Below are positions 1-11,700 of a DNA stretch of 64,000 bases, piece after piece. The position numbers and the translations under genes are program-made. This DNA is from a bacterium (GTDB taxonomy: Bacteria > Margulisbacteria > WOR-1 > O2-12-FULL-45-9 > XYB2-FULL-48-7): assembly GCA_043812655.1 (NCBI GenBank), contig JBDRLW010000008.1:58384-122383 (forward strand), given 5' to 3'. Numbering within the stretch: position 1 is the first letter of the stretch; each line of letters starts with the position of its first letter. A model generated the notes under the pieces. The model saw only the letters and a program-made list of their open reading frames with translations. It made no database searches and was not told where the DNA came from.

Positions 1-883
1 CATCCCTTAAATAATCCTCAAGCAACTGTTTTATATTGGAATGCAGGAAAACAACACAAAGTTCATCAACAATATAGCTCAATCGCTTGTCAAAACTTGG
101 TCCGGCAATGTGGTCAAAAAAATGCCGCAAAAATGGGTTTGAGGCTGGCACCAGGTCGCGCGCCTCCTGGCGGGAAAAAGTATCAGACGTTTCATCATAA
201 TAGCGGGCCACAAACAGGCCATAGACTAGCGTTTGGGCGTACATGTCGGCAAATGATTCAAACGTCAGGTCATGGACCAGCATTTTCTTGATCGCTTCAT
301 ACACCCTAACCAGCTCGCCATTTTTTTCCGACTCGAGCGTCAAATAATGCAGGATATTATCCCTGATCCTCTGCGCCTTGCCACCCATTATTTTAGCCAG
401 GTGTTCGCCTGATTTTATCGGCTCTTTATGCGACTGGGCAAAATCCAGCAGTGTTTTCGCTGCGTGTTCGTAATTTTCCGGCAGTAGCGTGATCACGCGA
501 TCCTTTAGATCATAGGTCGCTATTTTTATGGATTCATTATAACGCTTGCCATTTCGATAAAAACGAAATTCCAAGTAATCGGTCAAAACCAGGTTAGCAT
601 AACCAAAATATCTGGCCATTTGCTCCGATTTTTCCACTTTATCCAAAGAGACGCCAATATCTTTTGTTTCTATATAAAGAATCGGCACTTCATTATATAA
701 AATAAAATCCGGCCGGTTTCCCTCATTAGCCTTTGGGTCATTATCAATCCTTTTAACCTTAATAGATTCAAAAATCCCCTTCAGTAATATTTCAAAATCA
801 GCGCGGTATCCCATTTCGCTGGTTTCTTCATGCGAAAACTTTTCCGAGACTGATTTAAGGTATTTAGCTACTATTTCTTTCAT
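1..883 (-). CDS. Type IIG / type ISP-like restriction-modification enzyme, N-terminal part (runs off the window)
   Basis: Not in the ORF track. Hand translation from ATG 883 gives MKEIVAKYLKSV...NRPDFILY...LYIETKDIG...LVLTDYLEFRFY...FADMYAQTLVYGLFVAR...SNPFLRHFF, open to the window edge. PD..(D/E)xK nuclease motif and the FADMYAQT block are typical of fused endonuclease-N6 methyltransferases. ATGA overlap with the upstream gene. Confidence 0.75.
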   Translation of the reverse strand, partial: MKEIVAKYLKSVSEKFSHEETSEMGYRADFEILLKGIFESIKVKRIDNDPKANEGNRPDFILYNEVPILYIETKDIGVSLDKVEKSEQMARYFGYANLVLTDYLEFRFYRNGKRYNESIKIATYDLKDRVITLLPENYEHAAKTLLDFAQSHKEPIKSGEHLAKIMGGKAQRIRDNILHYLTLESEKNGELVRVYEAIKKMLVHDLTFESFADMYAQTLVYGLFVARYYDETSDTFSRQEARDLVPASNPFLRHFFDHIAGPSFDKRLSYIVDELCVVFLHSNIKQLLEDYLRD

Positions 884-3384
884 TTATCATTTAGACTATA
901 GCAAACAACGCGCTGGGTGGCAATGTCGGAAAGCAGGATCAGCGGTTGTTTAGAAAAATCAAAGATCCGGACGACTCGGCGCAAGGCTTTGTCATCATGA
1001 AGTTCTTCTTTAGCCAAAGAAGGGTTCAGTTTAAAACCGTTAAACAGGGCCAGATAGAATATTTGGGCTTCGACCAGGTCAAGAAAAAAGTGCGAGCCAA
1101 AAGAGAGTTCCGGCATAAAACCACTTTCGGGCTCCGCCACTTCAACCAGAGCGGCAAAATTATTGATCTCGGCAAAACTGACCGGGACACCCAGTGTCGC
1201 GTCCTTTGTCCCCCAGCGGCCGGGACCAATCAGCATTGTCGGATGTTTTTTTCTGTCTTTAATTTCCCTGTTAAGCCGGCCGATCAATCTAGCTACGGTA
1301 AATTTTTTATTATACAAAAGCTTGGCATATTCCCTAGTATCGATATAAATAACCTTGTTAATTGGCTGGGAGACATTCCCCCCCATAAAATTACCTGTCG
1401 TTTCAATCAATGAGTTTTCCGGCTTGATCTTCCCCGGCATTTTTACCGGGAGGTTTGGCCCCTTCGCCTGGAGCGGTCGGCATTGCAGAACATTGACCTG
1501 CAGTTTTCCTGCTCGATTATAATTAGCGGTAAACTCAACATCGACCGGATATTCATAGACCGCTTCCAGCCGCGCCAGCATCTGCTGAAGGCTAACGGCG
1601 AATTCTGTTTTGGACAAAAGCTGGTCAAAAGTCAAAAACAGGAAATCTTGCTTACTTCTCTGCGCGATCAATTCCAAGTTAATGGCTGGCTCTTCGGTTA
1701 AAAGTTGTGACAGCGGCAATGAAATTAATTCGTTTTTTTCTATATCGAGCAGGTCAACTTCGTGCTGGGAAAACTTAAGTTTGTCTTCCACCCCGGCATA
1801 CGGCTGTAAAAGCGGTTTATCAAGCGCTACAACTCGGGGATAGTCCCCTTCAACCCGGTTGACCGCCCTGGTCCCCAAACCAAAAACCAGACGAAGCATC
1901 CCCGCTTTTGGGTCCATTTCTTGATTCCAAACAAAAGTATTGTAAGAAACCCCTACCCCGGCTAAAAATGGAAAAAAATATTTTTGATACTGCGTCCCAG
2001 AAACGCGCTGGACCAAAAGAGCCATCTGCTCGTCTTGCAGGCCCAAACCCCTCTGCTGCCGATAGGTTAGCGCATCTTCATTCATCGTGCTGGCAAAGAC
2101 TTCCCTGACCGTCCGTTCATAATTGACGTAGCGCTCATCCAGGCTACCCTGATTAACGCAAAAAATACTCTCATACTTCCCGGCAAAGGCGTTGCCAAAC
2201 CCGTCTTCCAATAAACTGGAAGAACGGATAATGATCGGCGACTGGCCATAATATTCCAGGAGTTGGTTGAATTGTTCCCTGATCTCATCAGGAAAATTTC
2301 CCGTTAGAAGTTTTTCTTTTAAGTCGGCCGCTTTGGCAAAAAAGCCCTCGGTTGTTTTTTGCTCCAGCCAGAGGTCCCACCAGCCATTTTGGACAATGTA
2401 AGAATAAAAAACATCGGAACCGATATAAAAAGAATCATGCGCTTCCAGTTTTTCTTCCCAATTGGCCAGGATCTTACGCGCCAGGAGCATCCCCACCGCT
2501 TTTCCCCCGATATAGCCGGTGCCGATCATCCGGTTTTTGATCGCGATCAAATCTTCCAAGGCAAAATATTTTTTGACCAAAGAGAGCATCCGCTCTTCCC
2601 GTCCGACCATGATCCGTAATAACTGGTCAACCATTTTATTTTTTTCTTCCTCGGCCGCTTCAGTCTTGGTCAGCTCCTCCGCCTTAATAAATAGCCTGTC
2701 CCAATAATCAAGGTTCCGCTCGGCCGTTTCCGCCCCCTTGGCCGACATATAAGCTAAAAGCCGGGCTGCGTCGACACTGCTGGTCAGCGGCAAATATTTT
2801 TCCCCTTCCGCGATATGGGGCAAGAACATCGTCGGCGAATAGCGGTTCCAGACTTTTAAGGGATGAAGATAATACTTCCCTTCAAAGCTATAAACATCAA
2901 GTAAAAGCTGGGTCGTTTCCCTGATCCGGGCAATGGTTTTATAAGAATGATTATTCCGTAAAATGGCAAAATAAGCCAAAGTATTTAATTTAAAAAGATA
3001 GGGGCAAGTGACCATGAAAAAGTTCCCGATCATGAGGTCTGTCGCCCAGGCAAAAAGCAGATCGGATAAACAATCAAAAAGATAAAAAGCCCCATCCCCT
3101 TCCAGTGTGATGATCTCGTGAACCTCTTTGGAAAAGGATTCAAACCCGACCGTCGCGTCAAGATCATAAGTCTTTACGTCTTTTATTAGCGGCGGATGGC
3201 TGGCAAAGCGGATATAAATGATCTTGCGCCCGTCTTTTTTAGCTTGTTCAATATAAGGCCTTACAAAATAGAGATAATCCTCAATACGGTCAACCTGCCA
3301 AACAACATTATCCCCCTTCCTTAAACCCTGAAGGATGTTGTCAAGCCCATTCACTCCGGAACTGACAAAATTTATCGTCTTCAT
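880..3384 (-). CDS. PEP/pyruvate-binding domain (PEP synthase/PPDK ATP-grasp-like) protein with an N-terminal RecA/KaiC-like domain
   Basis: IGGKAVG, IIRSSSLLEDGFGNAFAGKYES, VFGLGTRAV and LQCRPLQ motifs. No His phosphocarrier motif seen. Start moved to ATG 3384 (ATGA overlap with nrpR stop). Confidence 0.8.
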   Translation of the reverse strand: MKTINFVSSGVNGLDNILQGLRKGDNVVWQVDRIEDYLYFVRPYIEQAKKDGRKIIYIRFASHPPLIKDVKTYDLDATVGFESFSKEVHEIITLEGDGAFYLFDCLSDLLFAWATDLMIGNFFMVTCPYLFKLNTLAYFAILRNNHSYKTIARIRETTQLLLDVYSFEGKYYLHPLKVWNRYSPTMFLPHIAEGEKYLPLTSSVDAARLLAYMSAKGAETAERNLDYWDRLFIKAEELTKTEAAEEEKNKMVDQLLRIMVGREERMLSLVKKYFALEDLIAIKNRMIGTGYIGGKAVGMLLARKILANWEEKLEAHDSFYIGSDVFYSYIVQNGWWDLWLEQKTTEGFFAKAADLKEKLLTGNFPDEIREQFNQLLEYYGQSPIIIRSSSLLEDGFGNAFAGKYESIFCVNQGSLDERYVNYERTVREVFASTMNEDALTYRQQRGLGLQDEQMALLVQRVSGTQYQKYFFPFLAGVGVSYNTFVWNQEMDPKAGMLRLVFGLGTRAVNRVEGDYPRVVALDKPLLQPYAGVEDKLKFSQHEVDLLDIEKNELISLPLSQLLTEEPAINLELIAQRSKQDFLFLTFDQLLSKTEFAVSLQQMLARLEAVYEYPVDVEFTANYNRAGKLQVNVLQCRPLQAKGPNLPVKMPGKIKPENSLIETTGNFMGGNVSQPINKVIYIDTREYAKLLYNKKFTVARLIGRLNREIKDRKKHPTMLIGPGRWGTKDATLGVPVSFAEINNFAALVEVAEPESGFMPELSFGSHFFLDLVEAQIFYLALFNGFKLNPSLAKEELHDDKALRRVVRIFDFSKQPLILLSDIATQRVVCYSLNDK

Positions 3385-4361
3385 AAATCCCAAAAACTGA
3401 TTAATTTATCATAATCAATGATCGAAACCAAGGCTTTGCTTTCTGTCACTATGCCAGATTCTTCGGCGGCGGCGACCGGATTAAGCCCTCCTGGAATTAC
3501 TATCCCCACCCGTTCGAGGCCAACCGGTACGCCAAGGATCGTTTGGCCGGCTTTGCCGATCATAATCGCTTTGCCTAAGCCGGCCGATTCTGCCCGGCGC
3601 AAGATCGCCTCGGCTTCATCGCGCGAAGCCGCCGGGATCTCCCTTAAGCTGGCCAATATTTTCCCCTTGCCAAGGCAGGCGGCACTGACGCTGGTCATCC
3701 GGCTCTTTAAAAATATTTCGTGCGGATCAAGCGTTGAACCGGTGTAATTGATAATATCGGTAAAACGGAGCGGCCGTTCATCTTCGATCTGCAGGATCCC
3801 GCCAAATCTTGATTCGATCGGAATGGAATGCTTGGTCAATATCCCATTTAGGTTGATACTGCAGAGCGTGCCAAAGGCCACTTGCCCGGGCGGAACAATT
3901 ATCCCGCCAATTTTTTCGCCTTCAGGTACGACCACCACGAGTTCACCGGTCGCAAAGCCGCTTTTGAAAACTTGAGCCATAACTCCCAAGGCCTTTTTAA
4001 AGTCTTTTTTCTGGAAAAAAGAGAGATTTAAGATCACTCCGCCCGATTTATTTTCAAGGTCAAAATCCATTTTATACGCCATCGTCTCAATACGTGAGCT
4101 CATAAAGCCAACTTTATCAAAAACCAGCGCGTCCCCTAACTCTTCCAGCCCTTTACTGGTGATCATCCGCCCCTCCTTCCAAATTACTTTGGTTAAACCA
4201 CGCTCGTTCATCACTTTTAAATGATAGCGGACCGCCCTCTCCGAAAGTTCAATCCCATGATCTTTCAATTTTTTGGCTATGTCAGCCGAACCGATCGGCT
4301 CGCTCTTCTGTGAAATTATCCGCAAGATCGCGTTGATCTTCCTGTCTAAGTCCGTCGTCAT
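3381..4361 (-). CDS. nrpR: NrpR-family nitrogen regulator (wHTH + NRD domain)
   Basis: LSERAVRYHL HTH; GTLCSINLNG, TGSTLDPHEIF and GGLNPVAAAEE NRD motifs. Start at MTTDLDRK. Confidence 0.85.
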   Translation of the reverse strand: MTTDLDRKINAILRIISQKSEPIGSADIAKKLKDHGIELSERAVRYHLKVMNERGLTKVIWKEGRMITSKGLEELGDALVFDKVGFMSSRIETMAYKMDFDLENKSGGVILNLSFFQKKDFKKALGVMAQVFKSGFATGELVVVVPEGEKIGGIIVPPGQVAFGTLCSINLNGILTKHSIPIESRFGGILQIEDERPLRFTDIINYTGSTLDPHEIFLKSRMTSVSAACLGKGKILASLREIPAASRDEAEAILRRAESAGLGKAIMIGKAGQTILGVPVGLERVGIVIPGGLNPVAAAEESGIVTESKALVSIIDYDKLISFWDL

Positions 4362-4383
4362 AACGAGAATATTATAACATGGA

Positions 4384-4413
4384 TTGACATACGGCAATAG
4401 GTTGCCGTATAAT
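4384..4413 (+). promoter_or_regulatory. Sigma70 promoter of gdhA containing a perfect palindromic operator (candidate NrpR site)
   Basis: TTGACA 4384-4389, 18 bp spacer, TATAAT 4408-4413. ATACGGCAA-TAGG-TTGCCGTAT at 4389-4410. Confidence 0.75.
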
Positions 4414-4457
4414 AATGGCCAGCAAAAGAAAGGAGGAGAAGTTTGTTGGTTCGATAG

Positions 4458-5822
<1,365 letters not shown>

Positions 5823-5854
5823 TTGGTTAGTCAGTTAGTCTGATAGTTTGTTAG

Positions 5855-5889
5855 AAAAAAGCCCTCCGATGTTTGTCGGGGGGCTTTTT
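5855..5889. terminator. Bidirectional intrinsic terminator
   Basis: AAAAAGCCCTCCGAT-GTTT-GTCGGGGGGCTTTTT between convergent genes. Confidence 0.85.
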
Positions 5890-5911
5890 GTTTGTGGTGT
5901 GAAGCGATTTT

Positions 5912-6550
5912 TTAGAAGAACGCCATCCTGGCTCCAGCGGCTAGGATAAAGCCATCGAGCGGCAATGAATTACCGCTGCTATCCTTAATGCTGGTCCGCA
6001 AATAATTGATCTGGGCAAAAGCTCCGGTATCTGGGCCAAGGCCAAATTCGATCCCTGTCCCGATCTGGGCGCCAAATCCGGCAAAACTTGAAGGGGAATT
6101 AAGTTTAACTTCGCTGGATTTATTGGCTGTATAGTAGTTGGCTTCGGCATCCAAATAAAGATTGGCGATACCATGGGCGCTGGAATCCCCCCAACTAAGA
6201 ACATACATTCTAGCTCCATAGCCAAACCTTAAAATTGAATAAGTCGCGTTAAGCGTGGTCCCCTGGTCATTATTAAATGACGATAGGCCAAATCTAGGTC
6301 CAGTATCTAAGTTCTGGTTTAATCTAGCGTCGAACTCAAGCCCAAGATCATACGCTGTAGTTTTTGTCGCCAAAACATCCCTGTTGGGAGAGATCATACT
6401 TAACCTTACCCCCAATCTATAGGACTTTTTCTGAGACATCGCCAATAGATCTTTCGTTGAAACCGTGCTTGTCCCTTCGATCGCGTAAGCCGGAACTATC
6501 GCCGCTAAACTTAAAACAAAAACCGCCAACAAAGTAAGGACCTTTTTCAT
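5912..6550 (-). CDS. Outer-membrane beta-barrel protein, paralogue 2
   Basis: Signal peptide, alternating amphipathic strands, C-terminal Phe; similar to 6617-7270. Confidence 0.7.
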   Translation of the reverse strand: MKKVLTLLAVFVLSLAAIVPAYAIEGTSTVSTKDLLAMSQKKSYRLGVRLSMISPNRDVLATKTTAYDLGLEFDARLNQNLDTGPRFGLSSFNNDQGTTLNATYSILRFGYGARMYVLSWGDSSAHGIANLYLDAEANYYTANKSSEVKLNSPSSFAGFGAQIGTGIEFGLGPDTGAFAQINYLRTSIKDSSGNSLPLDGFILAAGARMAFF

Positions 6551-6616
6551 AACTACTCCTCCTTAAATGGAATGTTGGGATTATTATACTAAAGTACCAT
6601 TCGTCTAGCAAGCGTT

Positions 6617-7270
6617 TTAGAAAAAGGCCATCCTGCTGCCAACCGTCAAAACTAAGCCGTCAAGAGGCAAAGTATGACTGCTTATGTCGTTTATGCTGGT
6701 GCGCAAATAATCGATCTGGGCAAAAGCTCCGGTATTCGGCCCGAAAGTAAACTCAAGCCCCACCCCCGCTTGAACCCCAAGCCCGGCAAAACTGGCAGGG
6801 GAAATAGCCAGCGCGGTTGAGTCTTTGATCTTATTAGCGGCAAAATAATTAACTTCCCCGGCAAAATAGAGGTTAGCAAACCCATGAAGACTGGAATGGT
6901 CGCTCCAGTTAATAGCATAAAGCTTGGCGCCATAACCAAACCTGATGATCTGATATGAAGCATTTAGCGTTGTTCCCTGGTCATTGACACAAGAGGCAAT
7001 ACCAAACCGCGGGCCGGTATCAAGATTTTCATTGAACTTAAAATCAAATGCAAGCCCAATGTCATAAGCAGGGATCTTGGTCGCCAATATATCGCTAGCC
7101 GGAGAGATCATGCTGACTTTAACCCCTAATCCAAGATTTTTTCTTTGGGCTAATGTTAATAATTCTTTTGTTGAAACTGTAGTTGTCCCTTCAAGCGCAT
7201 AAACAGGGACAAGACTTATTCCTCCTAAAATAAAAATAGTAAGGGAACACAACCAAAAATACTTTCTCAT
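6617..7270 (-). CDS. Outer-membrane beta-barrel protein, paralogue 1
   Basis: Signal peptide; shares EGTxTVSTK, NLDTGPRFG and RMAFF with its neighbour. Confidence 0.7.
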   Translation of the reverse strand: MRKYFWLCSLTIFILGGISLVPVYALEGTTTVSTKELLTLAQRKNLGLGVKVSMISPASDILATKIPAYDIGLAFDFKFNENLDTGPRFGIASCVNDQGTTLNASYQIIRFGYGAKLYAINWSDHSSLHGFANLYFAGEVNYFAANKIKDSTALAISPASFAGLGVQAGVGLEFTFGPNTGAFAQIDYLRTSINDISSHTLPLDGLVLTVGSRMAFF

Positions 7271-7279
7271 AACATCTCT

Positions 7280-8473
7280 CTATTCGTAGCGCAAGGCGAT
7301 AACTGGATCGAGTTTGGCCGCCCGCACAGCCGGATAAACCCCAAAGAAGATCCCAACTACTGCCGACACCGTCACCGCGAGTATTACCGCCCACCAAGCG
7401 ATCACCAGCGTTCCCTTGATCGCGAACATGATCAGAAAAGCGCCGGTAAGGCCAAAGATTATCCCTAAAAAACCGCCGATCAAACTGATCATCATCGATT
7501 CGACTAAAAATTGCAAAATAATGTCTTTTGATTTCGCGCCGATCGCTTTGCGGACCCCGATCTCCCTCACCCGTTCATTGACCGCCACTAGCATGATATT
7601 CATAATGCCGATCCCGCCGACCAAAAGCGAGATCGCCGCGATCCCGGTCACAAAAGCCGTTAACGCCCCTAATATATTATTAACAATATTAAGTATCCCC
7701 TGTTGGGTCAGCGTTCTAAAGTCATCATTCCCCAATCGCCTGGCAACCACTGTCGTTAATTTGGCTTTCACTTCATCGATCTTATCGATATCTTTAGGGA
7801 AAATATTAAAACGGAGGATCTTATCATTACCGAACATATTGGTCGACGTTGTCACCGGTACGAGCAGCCGTTTGTCCATATCCATTGGCCCAAAACTTCC
7901 CCTCGCTTCTGTAACACCAATTATCAAGTATTGTGTTCCCCTTAGCTTAATCCTTTCCCCCACCGCATTACTTTCGCCAAAAAACGCTTGGGCGATCTTT
8001 GGGCCGATGACCGTCACTTTCCGGCGCGACTCAACTTCGGTCACGGTAAAAAAACGGCCAGAAGTCAGTTTTCCTCCCATCAGATCAAGAAAGTTAGCGG
8101 TCGCGCCGATCACTACCGGCGATTTAACGGCTTTTTTTCCATAATACAGGTCGCCGGTGCCGGGATTTAACGCGACGATATCCCTTATTTCCGGCACCCT
8201 ACTCTTAAAATAAGCGATATCAGCGTAAGTGAATTTTGGGTTGGGCGGCGAACTGGCGTCTTTGCCGGCCGCTAAAACAAAAGAATCATAGCCCGCCCCC
8301 ATATTTTTGATCTGGTCGGTCACATAAGTTTTTGCCCCTTCGCCGATCGTCACCAGGGTAATGACCGAAAAGATCCCAATGATCACTCCCAGCATCGTCA
8401 GGAAGCTCCGCACTTTGTTGGCCAGCAGAGAACGAACCGCTTGCTTCATGCTTTCCCAAATGAAAAAGATCAT
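7280..8473 (-). CDS. MacB/FtsX-family ABC transporter permease
   Basis: RSFLTMLGVIIG and [21 protein letters not shown] motifs. Confidence 0.92.
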   Translation of the reverse strand: MIFFIWESMKQAVRSLLANKVRSFLTMLGVIIGIFSVITLVTIGEGAKTYVTDQIKNMGAGYDSFVLAAGKDASSPPNPKFTYADIAYFKSRVPEIRDIVALNPGTGDLYYGKKAVKSPVVIGATANFLDLMGGKLTSGRFFTVTEVESRRKVTVIGPKIAQAFFGESNAVGERIKLRGTQYLIIGVTEARGSFGPMDMDKRLLVPVTTSTNMFGNDKILRFNIFPKDIDKIDEVKAKLTTVVARRLGNDDFRTLTQQGILNIVNNILGALTAFVTGIAAISLLVGGIGIMNIMLVAVNERVREIGVRKAIGAKSKDIILQFLVESMMISLIGGFLGIIFGLTGAFLIMFAIKGTLVIAWWAVILAVTVSAVVGIFFGVYPAVRAAKLDPVIALRYE

Positions 8474-8484
8474 AAAATAATAAT

Positions 8485-8538
8485 GCCCTCACCCCGTCCG
8501 CCTACGGCGGACTGCCCCTCTCCCATAGGGAGAGGGGC
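8485..8538 (+). repeat. REP-like GC-rich palindromic repeat, left of DUF559
   Basis: GCCCTCACCCC-[GTCCGCCTACGGCGGAC]-T-GCCCCTCTCCC-ATA-GGGAGAGGGGC. Confidence 0.85.
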
Positions 8539-8542
8539 GGTT

Positions 8543-8902
8543 TTACATTGCCACCGGTAAAGGACTAATAGCCTCCTTAATTTTTTCTAAAACAATATTA
8601 CTATTGTCTTCAATTTCCTGATTAGTAATCCTGATAAAATAAACGGACTTTGCTTCTATCTCCTGTTGCCTGACTTCGTCATATTCACGATGCATCCTAT
8701 TTTCATGGATACTCCCATCGATCTCAATTGCCAATCTTTTCTCTGGACAATAAAAATCAACCACAAAGCCTTCGATTACATGCTGTCTACGAAACTTTAA
8801 ACCCATAAAACTCCTATCTCTTAATAAAAGCCAAACTTTTTCCTCTGCTAAAGTTGCCTTCTTTCTCAGTCCCCTTGCAAATCTTTTCTTTATTTGTTTC
8901 AT
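8543..8902 (-). CDS. DUF559 (Vsr-like) endonuclease
   Basis: ARGLRK..TLAEEKVW, KFRRQH, VVDFYC and LAIEIDGSIH motifs. Confidence 0.88.
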   Translation of the reverse strand: MKQIKKRFARGLRKKATLAEEKVWLLLRDRSFMGLKFRRQHVIEGFVVDFYCPEKRLAIEIDGSIHENRMHREYDEVRQQEIEAKSVYFIRITNQEIEDNSNIVLEKIKEAISPLPVAM

Positions 8903-8914
8903 TGCACTATACCA

Positions 8915-8951
8915 CCCCTCTCCCCCTGGGAGAGGGGCTGGGGGTGAGGGC
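8915..8951 (-). repeat. REP-like repeat, right of DUF559, inverted relative to the left copy
   Basis: CCCCTCTCCC-CCT-GGGAGAGGGG-CTG-GGGGTGAGGGC. Confidence 0.85.
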
Positions 8952-8962
8952 TGCGTCGTCCC

Positions 8963-10156
8963 CTATACCTCATACCTCAAGGCCTCGACCGGGTCAAGGC
9001 GGGAAGCGCGCATCGCCGGATAGACGCCAAAAAAAGTCCCGACCAAAAAAGCCACCAAGCAGGCGATATAAACCGCGCCCCAAGCAATAACCGCCTGTAA
9101 TTTTATCGCCGATAAGATGCCCCAGGCGGCCAGCGTCCCGATCAAAATGCCGATAAACGCGCCGCTCATGGTGATCAAAACCGATTCAAAAACAAATTGC
9201 AAAAAGATATCGCGGCTTTTAGCGCCGATCGATTTGCGGATGCCGATCTCCCGGGTCCTCTCGGTCACCGCTACCAGCATGATATTCATGATCCCGATCC
9301 CGCCAACAAGCAGCGAGATCGCCGCGATCGCGCTGACGATCCCGGTCATCGCGTTAAGGATATTATTGATGATGTCGATCAGCCCTTGCTGGGTATGGAC
9401 ATGGAAATCTTCTTTTTTATGCCGGGCGATCAGCGTTTTTTTTACTTCTTCGATCGCCTGGGGGACCTGTTTCTCATCATGCACTGTTAGGAAAAGCTCC
9501 CAGATCTTTTTAGTCCCTAAAACCAACTCCGAAAGCGTCGAGGGGATCAGCGCGAGATCATCCATGTCATACGTCATCATTGTCCCCTTCTCTTCCAGGA
9601 TGCCGACCACCAGGAAACCGACGCCGTTTATCTTAATCCTTTCGCCAATCGGGGAAAAATTACCGAACAGCTGCCGGGCGACCGTCCGGCCGATCACCGC
9701 CACTCTTTTCCGCCCGGCTTCTTCGGCGGCCGAAAAAAAACGGCCTTCTACCGCCCGCTGTTTAAAAGCTTCGGGATAATCAGCCGAGATCCCCATGGTA
9801 AAACTGGGACTGTAAGTTTTTTTTCCGAAGGCCAGTCGGCCGCGGCCGATAAATTCGGGGACTAAATATTCCAGATTTTTAACCCTCTGCCTTAAATTGA
9901 CAGTATCTTGATAGGTCAGGTTCAGCTCCGGCATGGACATCTCTTCCTTGCCGTTATGGATAGTCAGGCTGTTCGCCCCCACCCCCCAGGCCCCAACCTG
10001 ATTGAGGATATAATTCTTCGAGCCTTCCCCCATCGAAACTAGGGTAATAACGGCAGCGACCCCGATAATGACGCCGACCGTTGTCAATAAAGAGCGGGTT
10101 TTATTGGAGATGATCGATTGAACCGCGATCTTGAACGGTTCAATTAAGTTTATCAT
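8963..10156 (-). CDS. MacB/FtsX-family ABC transporter permease
   Basis: [21 protein letters not shown] and [10 protein letters not shown] motifs. Confidence 0.92.
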   Translation of the reverse strand: MINLIEPFKIAVQSIISNKTRSLLTTVGVIIGVAAVITLVSMGEGSKNYILNQVGAWGVGANSLTIHNGKEEMSMPELNLTYQDTVNLRQRVKNLEYLVPEFIGRGRLAFGKKTYSPSFTMGISADYPEAFKQRAVEGRFFSAAEEAGRKRVAVIGRTVARQLFGNFSPIGERIKINGVGFLVVGILEEKGTMMTYDMDDLALIPSTLSELVLGTKKIWELFLTVHDEKQVPQAIEEVKKTLIARHKKEDFHVHTQQGLIDIINNILNAMTGIVSAIAAISLLVGGIGIMNIMLVAVTERTREIGIRKSIGAKSRDIFLQFVFESVLITMSGAFIGILIGTLAAWGILSAIKLQAVIAWGAVYIACLVAFLVGTFFGVYPAMRASRLDPVEALRYEV

Positions 10157-10832
10157 CAGAAATAACCAGTCCGTCTTTCAAACGGATAATTCTTTTGCTA
10201 TGGTTAGCGATCTCCTGGTCATGGGTCACAATGATCAAGGTGATCCCCTGTTTATTAAGCTCCTGGAAAAGGTGGATGATCTCTTCGCCGCTTTTGGAAT
10301 CGAGGTTGCCGGTCGGTTCGTCAGCTAAAACTATTGAAGGTCCATTAGCCAGTGACCGGGCGATCGCGACCCTCTGGCTTTGGCCGCCGGAAAGTTCCGA
10401 CGGTTTGTGGAACATCCGCTCTTTTAAGCCAACGGTCTCAAGCAATTTTGCCGCTTTGGCCCGCCGCTCGTCAAATTTTACCCCGGCGTAGATCAGCGGC
10501 AGTTCAACATTTTCAATCGCGTTCAATTTTGGCAAAAGGTTGAAGGTCTGGAAAACGAACCCGACCTTTTTATTCCTGATCTCCGCCAAGCTGTTGTCAT
10601 CAAGCTCATCGACATCAACCTCATCGAGTAAAACGTGGCCTTTGCTTGGCCGGTCAAGGCACCCTAAGATGTGCATTAAAGTTGATTTACCGCAACCAGA
10701 CGGCCCCATGATCGAAACAAACTCTCCCCGATTTATAGTTAAATTGATCCCCCGCAAAGCCTTAACTTCCACCGTTCCCATAAAATAGGTGCGGACCACC
10801 TGATCAACCCTAACCACTACTTTATCGCTCAA
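10140..10832 (-). CDS. ABC transporter ATP-binding protein (LolD/MacB-like)
   Basis: [14 protein letters not shown] and [10 protein letters not shown] motifs. Confidence 0.95.
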   Translation of the reverse strand: MSDKVVVRVDQVVRTYFMGTVEVKALRGINLTINRGEFVSIMGPSGCGKSTLMHILGCLDRPSKGHVLLDEVDVDELDDNSLAEIRNKKVGFVFQTFNLLPKLNAIENVELPLIYAGVKFDERRAKAAKLLETVGLKERMFHKPSELSGGQSQRVAIARSLANGPSIVLADEPTGNLDSKSGEEIIHLFQELNKQGITLIIVTHDQEIANHSKRIIRLKDGLVISDDKLN

Positions 10833-11700
10833 TTTTTATCCGTCCTTTATTTTTAAGCTTGGCCACATTGCTGACCGCCACGATATCGCCAACCTTAACA
10901 CCCGAGACCGCTTCTAAACTGCTGTACGAGCGGATACCTACTTCAACTTTTGTCTCCGCTACTCTTCCCCTATTAACTTTATAGACATATGAGGAGTCAT
11001 CTTTAGCGATAACCGCTTCCCTGGGAAGAATTAAAGCTTGGTCATTGACCTTGGTCAAAATATCAACATTGACCGACATGTTCACTTTTAAGCCTTCATG
11101 GCCGCCGACAAACCTGATCTTGCAGGGAAAAACGTAAGATTCTTCGTCCATTTTCACCCGGCCGCCAACCTTGCGCAGTTCGGCGAGTGGCGCGATCCAA
11201 TAGATCTCACCCATAAAAACCTTGTCGGGATAAACATCAGAAGTGATCCTGACTTTATCCCCCACTCTAACTGTCTCAATATCAATTTCATCGATCTGCG
11301 CTTCGACCCATGACCGATTGAAATTGACGACCACGATCGCCGGCATCCCCATCGGAACGGTCTCCCCTTTATCATAATTGATCTTGGCCACGATCCCTCC
11401 AGCCGGCGCGATCAACCGGGTTAAGTCATCAAATTCGGCTAAAGTTTGCGCGGCCTGAACCCGCGCTCCCTCTTTAACAAAAATATTTATGATCTTCCCG
11501 CCCATTTTCGGGCTTAGGTCATAAACCGGCGCGTCCACAAACCCGCTAACCGAAACGATCGCTTCTATCGTCCCCCGGGAAACCGCGATCGTTTTAATGG
11601 TTACAACATCTTTGTTCCACCATTTAAAGCCAAAATAAACAATAAGGAACGCGGCTAGCAGGCCCAATACGATCAAAACCCAACGCCGATCTTTTTTCAT
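10822..11700 (-). CDS. Efflux periplasmic adaptor (HlyD/MacA family)
   Basis: N-terminal TM helix, [11 protein letters not shown] lipoyl half-motif, operon context. Confidence 0.85.
   Translation of the reverse strand: MKKDRRWVLIVLGLLAAFLIVYFGFKWWNKDVVTIKTIAVSRGTIEAIVSVSGFVDAPVYDLSPKMGGKIINIFVKEGARVQAAQTLAEFDDLTRLIAPAGGIVAKINYDKGETVPMGMPAIVVVNFNRSWVEAQIDEIDIETVRVGDKVRITSDVYPDKVFMGEIYWIAPLAELRKVGGRVKMDEESYVFPCKIRFVGGHEGLKVNMSVNVDILTKVNDQALILPREAVIAKDDSSYVYKVNRGRVAETKVEVGIRSYSSLEAVSGVKVGDIVAVSNVAKLKNKGRIKIER

Noticed and set aside
97..291. 64-aa plus-strand ORF
   Set aside because: Antisense to the restriction-modification reading frame.
7416..9779. Long plus-strand ORFs 7416-8144 and 9117-9779, and many other antisense ORFs in the track
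   Set aside because: Shadows of well-supported genes on the opposite strand.
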